Below the pieces are notes generated by a model. It had not been told where the DNA came from. It saw only the letters and a list, made by a program, of their open reading frames with translations, and searched no databases. 64,000 nt of DNA from an uncultured Clostridia bacterium (GTDB taxonomy: Bacteria > Bacillota > Clostridia > TANB77 > CAG-508). The stretch lies in the NCBI GenBank assembly GCA_949745595.1, contig CATJWN010000070.1, positions 54,092 to 118,091 on the forward strand, in the 5' to 3' direction. This document shows, in pieces, positions 1 to 12,064 of the stretch (the first letter of the stretch is position 1; the number at the start of each line of letters is the position of its first letter). A program made the translations under genes and the position numbers.

Positions 1-1428
1 TTTGAATATAAATCAGCAGCAGTAGATGAAACAATTTATGAAACTATTGCAAATGAATTTGCAGATAGAATGAAAACAGATGTGCAAACGCCTGATAAAA
101 TTGATAGAGATATTGTTTTATCTAAACTTACTGAAGATGTTAAGGCTTGGTATTTAGAGAAATTCGGAGAAGAAAAATTAGAGGAAGACAAAGCGGCTAT
201 TAGAGAAGCTCTATATAAACTAGAAAAGAAAACAGTTAGAAAACTTATCTTAGATGAAGGCAAACGTGTTGACGGTAGAGGTATTTATGATATAAGACCA
301 TTATCTTGTGAAGTTGGAATTATCCCTAGAGTACACGGAAGTGGTATGTTTACAAGAGGAAGAACACAAGTATTATCAATTGCAACTTTGGGAATGGTTA
401 GTGAAGAGCAAATATTAGATGGTTTAGATACTGAAGAATCAAAAAGATATATGCATCAATATAATTTCCCAGGCTATAGTGTTGGAGAAGCAAAAACTTC
501 TCGCGGACCTGGTAGAAGAGAAATTGGACATGGTGCTTTAGCAGAAAAAGCGTTGGTTCCAGTATTACCAAGTGTTGAAGAATTCCCTTATGCAATAAGA
601 GTTGTATCAGAGATTTTAAGCTCAAATGGTTCTACATCACAAGGAAGTATCTGTGCGTCTACATTAGCACTTATGGACGCTGGTGTTCCAATTAAGAAGC
701 CAGTTGCAGGTATTTCAACAGGTTTAATCACTGATGAAAATGATCCAAACAGATATGTAGTTATCACAGATATTCAAGGAATCGAAGACTTCTTTGGAGA
801 TATGGACTTTAAAGTTGGTGGAACAAAAGATGGTATCACAGCTATACAAGTAGATATTAAAGTGGACGGATTATCTTATGAAATCATTGCAGAAGCTTTT
901 GAAAGAACAGCAAAAGCAAGAGCATATATATTAGATGAAATTATGGCACCACAAATTGCTGAGCCAAGAAAAGAATTATCAAAATATGCTCCAAAGATTG
1001 TTAATATGAAAATCAATCCAGATAAAATTAAAGATGTTATTGGTTCAGGTGGAAAAACTATCAATAAAATCATTGATGAAACTGGAGTTAAAATTGATAT
1101 ACAAGAAGATGGAACAGTATTTATTTATTCTGATGATTCTGAAAGAGCTGCAAAAGCTCAAGGAATAATAGATGAAATTACTAGGGACATTGAAGTGGAT
1201 GGGATTTACACAGGTAAAGTTTCTAAGATAATGAACTTTGGAGCTTTTGTAGATTTAGGTGGAGGAAAAGAAGGATTACTTCATATATCTAAAATCTCTA
1301 AGGAAAGAGTAAATAAAGTTGAAGATGTTTTCAAAGTAGGAGATGAAGTTACAGTTAAGGTTTATGAGATAGATAATCAAGGAAGAATTAACTTAACAAG
1401 AAAAGATTTATATTCTACTGAGGAATAG
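1..1428 (+). CDS. pnp: Polyribonucleotide nucleotidyltransferase (5' end outside window)
   Basis: Frame open from base 1; [23 protein letters not shown] and GDMDFKVGG motifs, then KH and S1 domains. Confidence 0.97.
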   Translation, partial: FEYKSAAVDETIYETIANEFADRMKTDVQTPDKIDRDIVLSKLTEDVKAWYLEKFGEEKLEEDKAAIREALYKLEKKTVRKLILDEGKRVDGRGIYDIRPLSCEVGIIPRVHGSGMFTRGRTQVLSIATLGMVSEEQILDGLDTEESKRYMHQYNFPGYSVGEAKTSRGPGRREIGHGALAEKALVPVLPSVEEFPYAIRVVSEILSSNGSTSQGSICASTLALMDAGVPIKKPVAGISTGLITDENDPNRYVVITDIQGIEDFFGDMDFKVGGTKDGITAIQVDIKVDGLSYEIIAEAFERTAKARAYILDEIMAPQIAEPRKELSKYAPKIVNMKINPDKIKDVIGSGGKTINKIIDETGVKIDIQEDGTVFIYSDDSERAAKAQGIIDEITRDIEVDGIYTGKVSKIMNFGAFVDLGGGKEGLLHISKISKERVNKVEDVFKVGDEVTVKVYEIDNQGRINLTRKDLYSTEE

Positions 1429-1434
1429 TATTTT

Positions 1435-1468
1435 AATCTCCTTAAGGGATACCTTAAGGAGATTTTTT
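1435..1468 (+). terminator. Intrinsic terminator after pnp
   Basis: AATCTCCTTAAGG-gata-CCTTAAGGAGATT followed by T tract. Confidence 0.85.
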
Positions 1469-1488
1469 ATTAGAAAGGTAAACAAAAA

Positions 1489-4400
1489 ATGAAAGTAAAA
1501 GATGCAGAAAATAAGAATAGTATATTAGCGAAAATACCTTATGCACTTATTATATTACTTGCAAGTGCTTTTTGTATTATAATTGCAGTTTTGGCAATTA
1601 AGCTAACTGTATATTTTGACGTGAAAATTAACTTTGCTAGCGAGTCATGTCTTTTTAGATCAGAAAGTCTTGCATTAAATATATTTTTGACTATTGCTGC
1701 TTTTCTTATATTTTACATTATGTATAAATTGATAAACAAGATAAATAGTAAGATTTTATTTGTACTAGCTATAGTAATTACTGCGGTGATTGGATTAGCA
1801 TGGGTAAATACCATAAAGTTAAAACCAGTAGCTGATCAGCTTATGGTAAAAAACTGTGCAACCGCTATATTAGACAACAAATTAGCAGATATATTAAGCC
1901 CACGGAGAATACTTAAATAGAAATCCACATCAATTAGGATTTGTACTGTACTTAGTTGGAATATTAAAAGTATTTAATATTAGGAGTAATTTATTATTGC
2001 AAACTTTTAATGTAATATATTCTACTTTAAATGGAGTTCTTTTATTTTATATTTGCAAAAGAATTTTTAAAGAAGAAAAAGTGCAAAAAATATGCTTGAT
2101 ATTTATATCTTTCTTTTCATTATATTGGACATTCTTTAATACACATATTTATGGAAATATACCAGGACTTACTTTTGCATTGCTTGGAGTTCTATTTACT
2201 TTAAAATATTTAGACAATCATAAATTTTATAATATGGTGATAATTGGAGCTTTTTTAACAATAGCGTATTTGCTAAAAAGCAATTATGAAATATTTTTAT
2301 GCGCTATACTTGTTACTATTTTGCTAAATATAATTAATATTAAAAAAGCCAAAGATTTACTTGGAATAGTTATAATAATTGTAATGGTATTTGGAACTAA
2401 AAGTATAGTTTATAAGGTAGCAGAAATGGCTTTTGGATATTCTTTAGATACAGGTGTGCCAATGACAGCATATATTTATATGGGAATGTCTGAACCAGAT
2501 ACTTTAGCTGCAGGTTGGTATAATAGTAAAGTAGAAGAAATATATAAAAACAGTGGATATAATACTGAAGAAGCTACAAAGATAACTAATGATTTATTAA
2601 AAAATAGGATACAAGAGTTAAAAAATGATCCAGCATATACTGCAAATTATTTTTATTCAAAATTCCAAACAACGTGGTTAAATCCTACTTTCCAAACGGT
2701 TTGGTGTTCTTTGCCAAATACTTTAATGAATGAAGATGCAGATTATGGCACAAGGATTTCTTCTAATCCTTTGATAGAAAAAGTGCTTTGTGGAGATATA
2801 TACACAAAAATAGAAAATTTAATGGATTTGTTCGAAAATACAATATTTATTTTTGCAGGAATAGGACTTGCTTTCTTACTTACCAGATTTGATTTAAAAA
2901 ATATAATATTACCATTAACTTTTTTAGGAGGGCTTGCTTTCCATTTGATTTGGGAGACTAAATCAATTTATGTAATACAATATTTCTTTGTAATGTTACC
3001 AGTAGCAGCTTTTGGAATGTACAAAGTATTTGAATATATAGATAAAATATTAGAAAAAATGCTTTATAAAAAGGAAGAAAGCAGTAGTAAAAAAATAAGA
3101 CTTGCAGTTTTAATTCCAACATTAGTGGTATTAGTTATTATTTTAGGTGTAGCAACATATTTTGTTTCTGGAAATAAAGAAGAAAGATTTAAAAAGGAAG
3201 TAGAAAAAGTAAAAACAGCTTTATCTCTTACAGAAGCAAATTACATTTGGAATAACACAAATGACGATAACACTTGGATGTGTTTTAGAAAAAAAGTCAC
3301 ATTAGATGAAGAAGAAGCAGAAAAAGTTATTGCAAAAATTGGTGTAGACTCAAAATACTGGTTATATATAAATGGTGAACTTGTAATAAGAGATGGTGGT
3401 TTAAAAAGAGGTGAGAAAAAAGACTCTATATATTATGATGAAGTAGACTTATCAGCATATTTCAATCCCGGAGAAAACACAATTGCTATACTTGCTTGGT
3501 ATTGGGGGGGGCAAAGTTTTTCACATATTTCTAGTGGACAAGCTGGAATGTTTTTTGAAGCAGAAGCAGGTAATAAATTAATTATTACAGACGATACTTG
3601 GAAAGTAAAGAAGCATGACGCATATCAGCAAGATGGAATTAAACCAAATTATAGAATGATTGAGTATAATGTTTATTATGATGCAAGAATGGGAAATGAC
3701 GATTGGTACAAAGTAGAGTATGATGACTCTATATGGGAAACAGCTAAAGTTTTAAATGTAAAAGGTGAGTTCCCTTGGGGAGAACTAATTAAAAGAGAAA
3801 TACCACAATTTAAAAATGGTGATATAAAAGAATATGAAAATATGAGCGAATATGCAGGACAAAGTTTTACTGAGCAGAAAATTATTGAAATGAAATTACC
3901 ATATAATGCTCAGTTTACACCATATTTAAAAGTAGAAGCTACATCAGGATTAGAAATTAATATTCAAACGGATACTTATGAAGATCCTTCAGGCGTTTCA
4001 CTTAGATGTACATATATAACAAGAGATGGGGTTCAAGAATTTGAAGGCCTTTCTTGGATAAATGGAGAAATAGCATATTATACTATACCAGCTGGTGTAA
4101 AAATTATTAGTTTAGGCTATAGGGAAACTGGCTATGACACAGAATTTGTTGGAAGCTTTGAGTGTGATAATGAATTCTTAAATAAATTATGGTTAAAAGC
4201 GAGAAGAACATTATATGTTAATATGAGAGATTCATATATGGACTGTCCAAATAGAGAAAGAGCACAGTGGATAGGTGATATGAACATCGAAATGCTACAA
4301 TCAATGTATAGCCTAGATACAAAGTCATATAGTTTATATGAAAAAGGCATTAAGACTATGATTGGCTGGAGAGATGAAGGTGTTATGTATAGTGTATCTC

Positions 4401-5419
4401 CTAACAATCTAGAGCCAATGCATTTACCAGCACAAGTTTTGGGCGGAATTGTGGCAATGTATGAATATTATGAATATACTGGTAATAGGGAATTTTTAGA
4501 AGAAGTATATCCAGCGGTTAAAGATTACCTAAATTTATGGAAAATAAACGATCAGAATAATTTAATAGAATGGAACTCTGGAAAAGGTCGCTGGGAATGG
4601 GGAGATTCTGTTGAAAATACTGATTATGTTACAATTGAGAATGCTTGGTATTATTATGCTATGTCTAAAGCTAAACAAATGGCTCAAGTTTTAGATAAAC
4701 CAGAAGAAGCAGAAGCGTTTACGGCAAAATTAGGGACTTTGAATCAAGGTTTTAATGCTTTATGGACGGAAAAAGGTTATAAAACTTATAAAAGTAAAAT
4801 TATAGACGAAAGAGCAAATGCAGTAGCGGTTCTTGCAGGATTAGCAGAAGAGGAAAAGTATTCTGTTATTACGGATGTTCTAAAAAACGAATATCAGTCT
4901 ACACCATTTTTAGAAAAATATGTATTAGAAGCTTTGTGTAAAATGGGAAAATATAGTGAAGCGCATGATAGAATTAAAATTCGCTATTCAGAGATGGTAG
5001 AAGGAAAAAATGCAAAATCTACTTTATGGGAACATTGGGATTATAAAAGAGGTACTAAGAACCACGCTTGGTCTGGTGGACCACTTATTATAATGTCAAA
5101 GTATTTTGCAGGAATTGAGCCATTAAAGCCTGGTTATGAAGAAATATCTATAAAGCCTAATTTTACAAACTTAAATAAAATTAGTAGCACAGTAGAAACT
5201 ATAAAAGGAAAAATAATACTAGAGGCTATAAAAGGCGTAGATAAGATAGAAATGCAAGTGACTGTACCAGCAAGAACTTTAATAGCTGTGCCAAAGATAG
5301 GTAATAATTTAATAAAAGTAGATGGAAAAATTACAAATGAAAAAGTAAAAGAAGAAGATTGCATATATTTTTATATAGACGCTGGAGAGCATAAAATAGA
5401 AGTTGGAAAAATCCAGTAG
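1489..5419 (+). CDS. Polytopic membrane glycosyltransferase-like domain fused to GH78 alpha-L-rhamnosidase; +1 shift at CGG 1903-1905; about 1309 aa
   Basis: ORFs 1489-1920 and 1997-5419 join by skipping C1903 (LSP-G-EYLNRNPHQLGF, no stop before 1997); C-terminal DCPNRERAQWIGD, TLWEHW and NHAWSG GH78 motifs. Confidence 0.75.
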
Positions 5420-5471
5420 TTTCTAGGAATATATGAGAATATGTATTTTTTCTTAAGATGGAAAATTTTTC

Positions 5472-5500
5472 TTGAAATTATTTTATTAAAATGGTATAAT
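5472..5500 (+). promoter_or_regulatory. Sigma-A-type promoter
   Basis: TTGAAA-N17-TATAAT with TG extension. Confidence 0.6.
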
Positions 5501-5542
5501 AATAAAAGTGTAGTAATAAAAGTATATAAAAAGGAGAATTAA

Positions 5543-6769
5543 ATGAGATATTTATATCTTTTACAACAAGCTTTAATATGGATTATAACTGTTTATTGGT
5601 TATACCAGTTAGTAGTAAGCTTTTGTTCACTTATAAAATTGAAAGATAAGCCACTAAAAATAAATAAAGATCATAAGTTTATGGCAATAATACCTGCGCA
5701 TAATGAAGAAACAGTTGTTGGAAACTTAGTAGAGAGTTTAAAAGCTCAAAATTATCCAAAAGACAAATATGATATTTATGTTATTGCAGATAATTGTACT
5801 GATGATACCGCAAAAGTTGCGAAAGAAGCGGGAGCAATTGTTTTAAAAAGATTTGATGAATTCCATAAAACAAAAGGTTTTGCACTAGATTGGTTTTTAA
5901 AACAAAAGATCGAAGAAGATGCAGATTACGATGCTTTTTGTGTATTTGATGCAGATAATATTGTGGATAAAGATTTCTTAAAAAATATGAACAAGAAATT
6001 GTGTCAGGGAGAGGAAGTAGTTCAAGGTTACAGGGATATCAAGAATCCTAATGACTCTTGGATATCTTCAGGATATGCAATTTTTTATTGGATGATGCAT
6101 AGATTTTATCATTTAGCTAGATACAATTTAGGATTATCAGCACTATTAAATGGTACAGGTTTTATGGTTAAATTTGATTTAGTAAAACCAAATGGTTGGA
6201 AAACAATTACTTTAACAGAAGATATAGAATATTCTCTTATGAATATTATAGATGGTAGAAAAGTTAGTTGGTCAACAGATGCAATAGTTTATGACGAGCA
6301 ACCTATTACTTTTAAACAAAGTTGGGTACAACGTTCAAGATGGACAGTAGGACACTTACAATGTATGAAGCATTACACTAAAGATTTAGCAGAAGGTGTA
6401 GTAAAGCATAAAACTTTAATGAACTTTGATGGTATGCTATATATGTTTGGTATTCCAATAATGTTAATTACACTATTACTTTTAGGTGTAAACACACTAT
6501 TATTTATGGGTAATGAAATGACAACTTTTGATTTAGTTGTAAGTTATGGAAAATATTTAGCATCAACCTTCATAGTACCAATAATGATAGCAGTTGTAAT
6601 TATGAAATTAGATAAAAGAGATATTAAACCAATGTGGTTTGGACTTCTATGTTATCCATTATTTATGGGTTCTTGGATTTTAATAAATCTAAAATGCATT
6701 ATAAATCCAAATACAAAATGGGAGAAAATTAATCACGTTAGAGATATCAAAATTCGTGAAGTTGCATAA
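5543..6769 (+). CDS. GT2 membrane glycosyltransferase
   Basis: IPAHNEE, FDADN, LTED and QRSRW motifs; TM segments. Confidence 0.9.
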   Translation: MRYLYLLQQALIWIITVYWLYQLVVSFCSLIKLKDKPLKINKDHKFMAIIPAHNEETVVGNLVESLKAQNYPKDKYDIYVIADNCTDDTAKVAKEAGAIVLKRFDEFHKTKGFALDWFLKQKIEEDADYDAFCVFDADNIVDKDFLKNMNKKLCQGEEVVQGYRDIKNPNDSWISSGYAIFYWMMHRFYHLARYNLGLSALLNGTGFMVKFDLVKPNGWKTITLTEDIEYSLMNIIDGRKVSWSTDAIVYDEQPITFKQSWVQRSRWTVGHLQCMKHYTKDLAEGVVKHKTLMNFDGMLYMFGIPIMLITLLLLGVNTLLFMGNEMTTFDLVVSYGKYLASTFIVPIMIAVVIMKLDKRDIKPMWFGLLCYPLFMGSWILINLKCIINPNTKWEKINHVRDIKIREVA

Positions 6770-6780
6770 TATATAAAAGA

Positions 6781-6812
6781 AAAACGAATACTTTAAAAGT
6801 ATTCGTTTTTTT
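6781..6812 (+). terminator. Intrinsic terminator
   Basis: AAAACGAATAC-tttaaaa-GTATTCGTTTT plus T tract. Confidence 0.8.
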
Positions 6813-6901
6813 ATGAGATTTTATTCACAATTAACTTGAAAAAAAGTTGCAAAAATGATAAGATAAGTAAGTATTATAACGACTATAAAAAGGAGATTAT
6901 T

Positions 6902-7438
6902 ATGCAGAAGATAAAAGAAGAAAAGGGTATTACTTTAGCAATTTTGATAGTAACAGTAATAGTGTTAATAATTATAGTAGGGGTATCTCTAGATATGGGA
7001 TTTGATAATGCAGATAGTGCAAAAAATTCAAATGCTAAAGCTGAACTTCAAATGATAGGTCAGGCTACCATTACTGAATATACAAAAGCAATGCAATTAA
7101 ATTATCTAGTAGATGATGGTGCTACCATACCTTCTAATTTTGTTGGAGAAGCAATAACAGGTCAAGGTGAAAACATTATTCCAGCTCTTCCATCTGGCGC
7201 TTGGGCATTAAATCAAAATGAGGCAGTTGGGTATAAATCTTATTTTAGATTGACACCAGAGGAACTTGATGAATTGTATATTGAAAATACTGCAGATACA
7301 TACATTATAAATTATTATACTGGTGAAGTTTATAATGAAACTAAACAACTAGCTGATGATGGTAGTGTATTGTATTTAAGATTAAATAATGCTACTCATA
7401 GTCAAAAAGAAAAAGATACAACTAGTTTTACGAATTAG
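6902..7438 (+). CDS. Type IV pilin-like protein
   Basis: AGGAG RBS, ATG 6902; KG-ITLAILIVTVIVLIII class III signal-like N-terminus. Confidence 0.7.
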   Translation: MQKIKEEKGITLAILIVTVIVLIIIVGVSLDMGFDNADSAKNSNAKAELQMIGQATITEYTKAMQLNYLVDDGATIPSNFVGEAITGQGENIIPALPSGAWALNQNEAVGYKSYFRLTPEELDELYIENTADTYIINYYTGEVYNETKQLADDGSVLYLRLNNATHSQKEKDTTSFTN

Positions 7439-7459
7439 CATATAAAGGAGACTAATGCT

Positions 7460-8377
7460 TTGATAGATATTTACAAAGAGCTACAAAAGAGAATTGAAAA
7501 AAGAAGGGTTTTAAAAGACGAAAATATGCGAAATCATACGTCTTTTAAAATTGGGGGCTTAGCAGATTTCTTTGTGATAGTGCAAGAAATAGAAGAGTTA
7601 AAATTTGTTTTAGATATAGCAGAGAAATACGCTATTCCACTAACTGTAATTGGAAATGGAACAAATTTATTAGTATCAGACAAGGGCATAAGAGGAATAG
7701 TTTTAAAAATAGAAATATCAAATTTAAAAGTTATTAGAAAAAAAGATAAAGCAGAAATTACAATTTCTAGTGGATATGCAGTAGGAAAGCTTGCAAATTT
7801 AGCGTATAAAGAGGAACTAACTGGATTAGAATTTTTATCAGGAATACCTGGGAGCGTAGGTGGAGCAATAAGAATGAATGCAGGTGCTTATGGTAAAGAA
7901 ATGAAAGATATAGTTATATCTACGAAATATATGGAAAAAAATGGAAAGATAAAAAAGCTTAATTTGGAAGAGCATATGTTTTCATATAGAAGTAGTATTT
8001 TTTCTGAAATGAAAGATGTAATTATATTAGAAACTGTATTAGAAGCTGGATATGGAAACAAAGAAGAAATTAAAGAGAAAATTGACGAATATAGGAATAA
8101 AAGAATAGAAACACAGCCGTTAGAACTTCCTAATGCTGGAAGCACTTTTAAAAGAAAAGGTGATATAATTACAGCAAAAGTGATTGATGAGTGTGGATTA
8201 AAAGGTTATAGAATTGGTGATGCAGCTGTATCAGAAAAACATGCAGGCTTTGTAGTTAATCTAGGAAATGCTACAGCTAAAGACGTTTTAGAATTGACAG
8301 ATTATATAAAAGAGACAGTAAAAAAGAAAAAAGGTATTGAAATAGAATTAGAAGTATTATTTGTAGGAGAGAAGTAG
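7460..8377 (+). CDS. murB: UDP-N-acetylenolpyruvoylglucosamine reductase
   Basis: HTSFKIGG, GNGTNLL, GIPGSVGGAIRMNAGAYG, NAGSTFK. Confidence 0.95.
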   Translation: MIDIYKELQKRIEKRRVLKDENMRNHTSFKIGGLADFFVIVQEIEELKFVLDIAEKYAIPLTVIGNGTNLLVSDKGIRGIVLKIEISNLKVIRKKDKAEITISSGYAVGKLANLAYKEELTGLEFLSGIPGSVGGAIRMNAGAYGKEMKDIVISTKYMEKNGKIKKLNLEEHMFSYRSSIFSEMKDVIILETVLEAGYGNKEEIKEKIDEYRNKRIETQPLELPNAGSTFKRKGDIITAKVIDECGLKGYRIGDAAVSEKHAGFVVNLGNATAKDVLELTDYIKETVKKKKGIEIELEVLFVGEK

Positions 8378-8393
8378 AAAGGAAGGATAGATA

Positions 8394-10007
8394 TTGAAGT
8401 CGTTTTTAGAATGGTTTAAAGGAAGTACAAAGATTAAAAGGTGGATGTTTTTAATATTAGTAGGTATATCACTAACTTGTTATTCTTTTGCGAAAATCTT
8501 AGTAACAAAGGAAATTGATTTTGTAATATTAGCACAAATTATTGGAATGTTTGTAGTTGGCTTTATTTGTGTAGTAGTAGGAATTATATATATACAAAGA
8601 AGATTATTAGAGCTTATTATTGAAGCAAATGATGATGCTACAGAAAAAGGTAAAAAAGCCAAAGTAAATATGAAATCTTTGATTTTCAATAAAAAGGTGT
8701 ATGAAGAAGGTCCAAAAATTGTTGTCATTGGTGGTGGTTTTGGACTTGATAATGTAATTGAGGGGTTAAAAAAATATACTAATAATATTACAGCAATAGT
8801 TACAATGTCTGATTATGGTAGAGGTTCTTCAATGTCAAGACAAGCATTAGATGCATTACCATTAAACGATATTAAAGAAAGTATTATTGCAATGTCAGAT
8901 CGTGAAGATTTGATGAGAGACTTAATGAACCTAAGATTTAGCAACGAGAGATTAAGGGGCTTAAATTTTGGTGATGTTTTCTTAACAGGTATGAATGAAC
9001 TATATAGTAATATGTCAGAAGCTATTCAAAAAAGTACAGAAGTGCTTAATATTACAGGGAAAGTTATACCAGTTACTTTAGATGAAATTACAATATGTGC
9101 TGAGTTAAATGATGGAACTGTTATTGAACAGAAAGATAGAATACCAGAGGTTGTTACTCAAAAGGTAGAGTCAATAAATAGAATTTTTATTTCACCATCA
9201 AATTGTCAGCCAGCACCAGGTGTTTTAGAAGCTATTGAAAGTGCAGAAGCTATTATATTAGGTCCGGGGAGTTTATATACAAATGTTATACCAAACTTAC
9301 TTGTAAAAAATGTTTCAAAAGCTATAAAAGAGAGCAAGGCTATTAAATTATATGTATCTAATATAATGACAGAAGAAGGTCAAACAGATAATTATACTTT
9401 AGCAGATCACGTAAAAGCTATTCAAGCACATGCTGGCAAAGGCGTGTTTGATTTGGTACTTGCAGATACAGAAGAAGTTATGCCAGAATTTGTTAGAATA
9501 TATAATAGAGCAGGAAGTGAAATAGTCGAAGCTAATATTTCTGACACTACAAATTTAGGTGTAAAAGTAATTGAAAGAAATATGTCTTGTGTGAAAAATG
9601 ATAAGATAAGACATAATCCAGATATTATTGCTTCAACTATTATGGATCTTATTTGCAATGAACTAAAATTTGAAGATAAACAAAATGAAACTGAATACTT
9701 ATTAATAAATTCAGTACTAAAAGAGCAAAAGAAACTTCAAAAAAAACGTGCAAAAGAAGCACTAAGAAGAAAAGGCAATGTAAAAAAAGAGGTACCACAA
9801 GTAAAAAAAGGAAAGAAGAGTAAATTTGCTACAAAATACAAAGACAGAGTTCAGTCAATTCAAACTTCTAATGAAATAACAGCTGAAAACAGAAGAGTTG
9901 CAGATGAAGAGAATAGAAGACAGCAAGAAGAATTGGAAAGACAACAAAATAATAATAATCAAGAAAAAAGACAAGATAAGAAACAGAAGAAAAAGAAAAA
10001 AAGATAA
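8394..10007 (+). CDS. YvcK/CofD-family gluconeogenesis factor with N-terminal TM segments and basic C-terminal tail
   Basis: KIVVIGGG and GPGSLYTNVIPNLL motifs. Confidence 0.85.
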   Translation: MKSFLEWFKGSTKIKRWMFLILVGISLTCYSFAKILVTKEIDFVILAQIIGMFVVGFICVVVGIIYIQRRLLELIIEANDDATEKGKKAKVNMKSLIFNKKVYEEGPKIVVIGGGFGLDNVIEGLKKYTNNITAIVTMSDYGRGSSMSRQALDALPLNDIKESIIAMSDREDLMRDLMNLRFSNERLRGLNFGDVFLTGMNELYSNMSEAIQKSTEVLNITGKVIPVTLDEITICAELNDGTVIEQKDRIPEVVTQKVESINRIFISPSNCQPAPGVLEAIESAEAIILGPGSLYTNVIPNLLVKNVSKAIKESKAIKLYVSNIMTEEGQTDNYTLADHVKAIQAHAGKGVFDLVLADTEEVMPEFVRIYNRAGSEIVEANISDTTNLGVKVIERNMSCVKNDKIRHNPDIIASTIMDLICNELKFEDKQNETEYLLINSVLKEQKKLQKKRAKEALRRKGNVKKEVPQVKKGKKSKFATKYKDRVQSIQTSNEITAENRRVADEENRRQQEELERQQNNNNQEKRQDKKQKKKKKR

Positions 10008-10027
10008 TAGGAGAGATAATTTTACCA

Positions 10028-12064
10028 ATGAAATTAGGAAAGAAACAATTAGATTTAAAAGATGGAATTAGAAAAGAATGGGTAATTTCCAATGGAATAG
10101 GTGGATTTGCCTCTAGTACAATTTTAGGAGCGAATACGAGAAGATATCATGGATTATTAATTGCTCCACTTCTTCCACCAGCAAGAAGACATCTTTTAAT
10201 TTCAAAATTAGATGAAAGTATAACTATAGGTAATGAAAAATTTGATTTATATACTAACATATGTAAAAATTATGTAGCACATGGTTATAAATACTTAGAA
10301 AGTTTTGAAAAAGAATATCTGCCAAAGTATAATTATAAAGTGAAAGATATTAAAATTACAAAACAAATAAGTATGATATATGGAAGAAATACAGTAGTAG
10401 TAGTATATAAAATTAAAACAGGAAAACAAGATGCAAAACTTACTTTGGCGCCAATTATAAGCTTTAGAGATTTTCATGCTATGAATACAGGGCATAACTA
10501 TAATATAAATCAAGTAATAGCTGGAAGAAAAACTAGAATAGAAGTTGATGGGAATATACATACACCAATATATATTTATCTATCAGAAGGTCATTATTTT
10601 GAACACCAAAATGATACTTTTAGGGATATTTATTATCTAAAAGAATTTGAAAGAGGATTTATGCCTGAAGAAAATTTGGCCGTAGCTGGTAGATATGAAG
10701 TAGATATTCCAGCAAATACTGAAAAAACAATTACTTTTGTAGGATCTTTAGAAGATAATACTGAAAACGTTGATGGTGAAAAAGCTATATCTGAAGAAAT
10801 TTCAAGAATAAGGAAATCTATAGAGGATACTGGACTTATAAAAGAAACTAAATCAAAAACTGGAAAAGAGAGAAATGAGTTTATAAAAGATTTATTAGTT
10901 GCAGTAGATACTTTTATAATAGATAGACCAGCTTTTAAAACTAAGTCAATTTTAGCGGGGTATCCTTGGTTTTTAGATTGGGGACGAGACAGCTTAATTG
11001 CTTTTGAAGGACTATTGCTAGTTACTTCGAGATTTGAAGATGCAAAACAAGTTTTAAGAACTTTTACAAGAGATATAAAGCAAGGGTTAGTTCCAAATGG
11101 TTATTCAGGTTTTGATGGAAGACCTATGTATAATAGCGTAGATGCTTCACTTTTATTATTTGAGCAAATTAACAAATATTTAGAGTACACAGATGATTAT
11201 GATTTTGTAAAGAATGAATTATATGAAAAATTGAAAGATATTATTACAAATTATAGTCAAGGTACAAACTTAGATAACAATAATATATATGTGGATAGTG
11301 ATGGTTTATTAGTTTCAGGTACTGACCAGACACAAAACACATGGATGGATGCTAAAATTGGTGATTATGTAGTAACACCAAGAAATGGTAAAGTAGTGGA
11401 AATAAATGCGCTTTGGTATAATAGCTTGAAAACTTTAGAAAGTTTAGCTAAAAGGTTTGGCGAAGAAGATGTAGCTGAGTCTTGTAAGTTAGTTGCTAAA
11501 AAATGCAGAACTTCTTTCAATAAAAATTTCTATAATCCAAGAAGGAAATGCTTATATGATGTACTTGGAGATAATAAAATTAGGCCAAACCAACTATTTG
11601 CTTTATCTACTACATATCCAATTATGACACTTTCTTCAGAAAAAGCTAAAAATGTATTTAATACAGTTACAGATAAATTACTTACAAGATATGGTTTACG
11701 TACTTTATCAAGAATTGATGATGGATATATAGCAGAATATGAGGGAGATAGCTTTAAACGTGATATGAGTTATCATCAAGGAATTTCTTGGGTATGGCTT
11801 TTAGGTCTTTATTCAGATGCTTTTGTAAATATGATAAAAGCAGAGAAAGATATCAAAGAAAAAAAGAGTATGCAAGAAAGATATAAAATTTTCAAAGATA
11901 ATGTGTATACTACCTTCAAAAAGGAAATAAATGACGAAGAAGCAGTTCAAAGTATTTCAGAACTATATAATTCTAAGCCACCATATTTACCAGGTGGAAC
12001 TTGCTCACAAGCTTGGAGTATATCAGAGATATTGAAAATTATTGTAAAAGGAAGTATTAAATGA
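10028..12064 (+). CDS. Amylo-alpha-1,6-glucosidase (glycogen debranching, GH133-like)
   Basis: NTRRYHGLL, AGYPWFLDWGRD, TWMDAK, YHQG, QAWS. Confidence 0.9.
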   Translation: MKLGKKQLDLKDGIRKEWVISNGIGGFASSTILGANTRRYHGLLIAPLLPPARRHLLISKLDESITIGNEKFDLYTNICKNYVAHGYKYLESFEKEYLPKYNYKVKDIKITKQISMIYGRNTVVVVYKIKTGKQDAKLTLAPIISFRDFHAMNTGHNYNINQVIAGRKTRIEVDGNIHTPIYIYLSEGHYFEHQNDTFRDIYYLKEFERGFMPEENLAVAGRYEVDIPANTEKTITFVGSLEDNTENVDGEKAISEEISRIRKSIEDTGLIKETKSKTGKERNEFIKDLLVAVDTFIIDRPAFKTKSILAGYPWFLDWGRDSLIAFEGLLLVTSRFEDAKQVLRTFTRDIKQGLVPNGYSGFDGRPMYNSVDASLLLFEQINKYLEYTDDYDFVKNELYEKLKDIITNYSQGTNLDNNNIYVDSDGLLVSGTDQTQNTWMDAKIGDYVVTPRNGKVVEINALWYNSLKTLESLAKRFGEEDVAESCKLVAKKCRTSFNKNFYNPRRKCLYDVLGDNKIRPNQLFALSTTYPIMTLSSEKAKNVFNTVTDKLLTRYGLRTLSRIDDGYIAEYEGDSFKRDMSYHQGISWVWLLGLYSDAFVNMIKAEKDIKEKKSMQERYKIFKDNVYTTFKKEINDEEAVQSISELYNSKPPYLPGGTCSQAWSISEILKIIVKGSIK

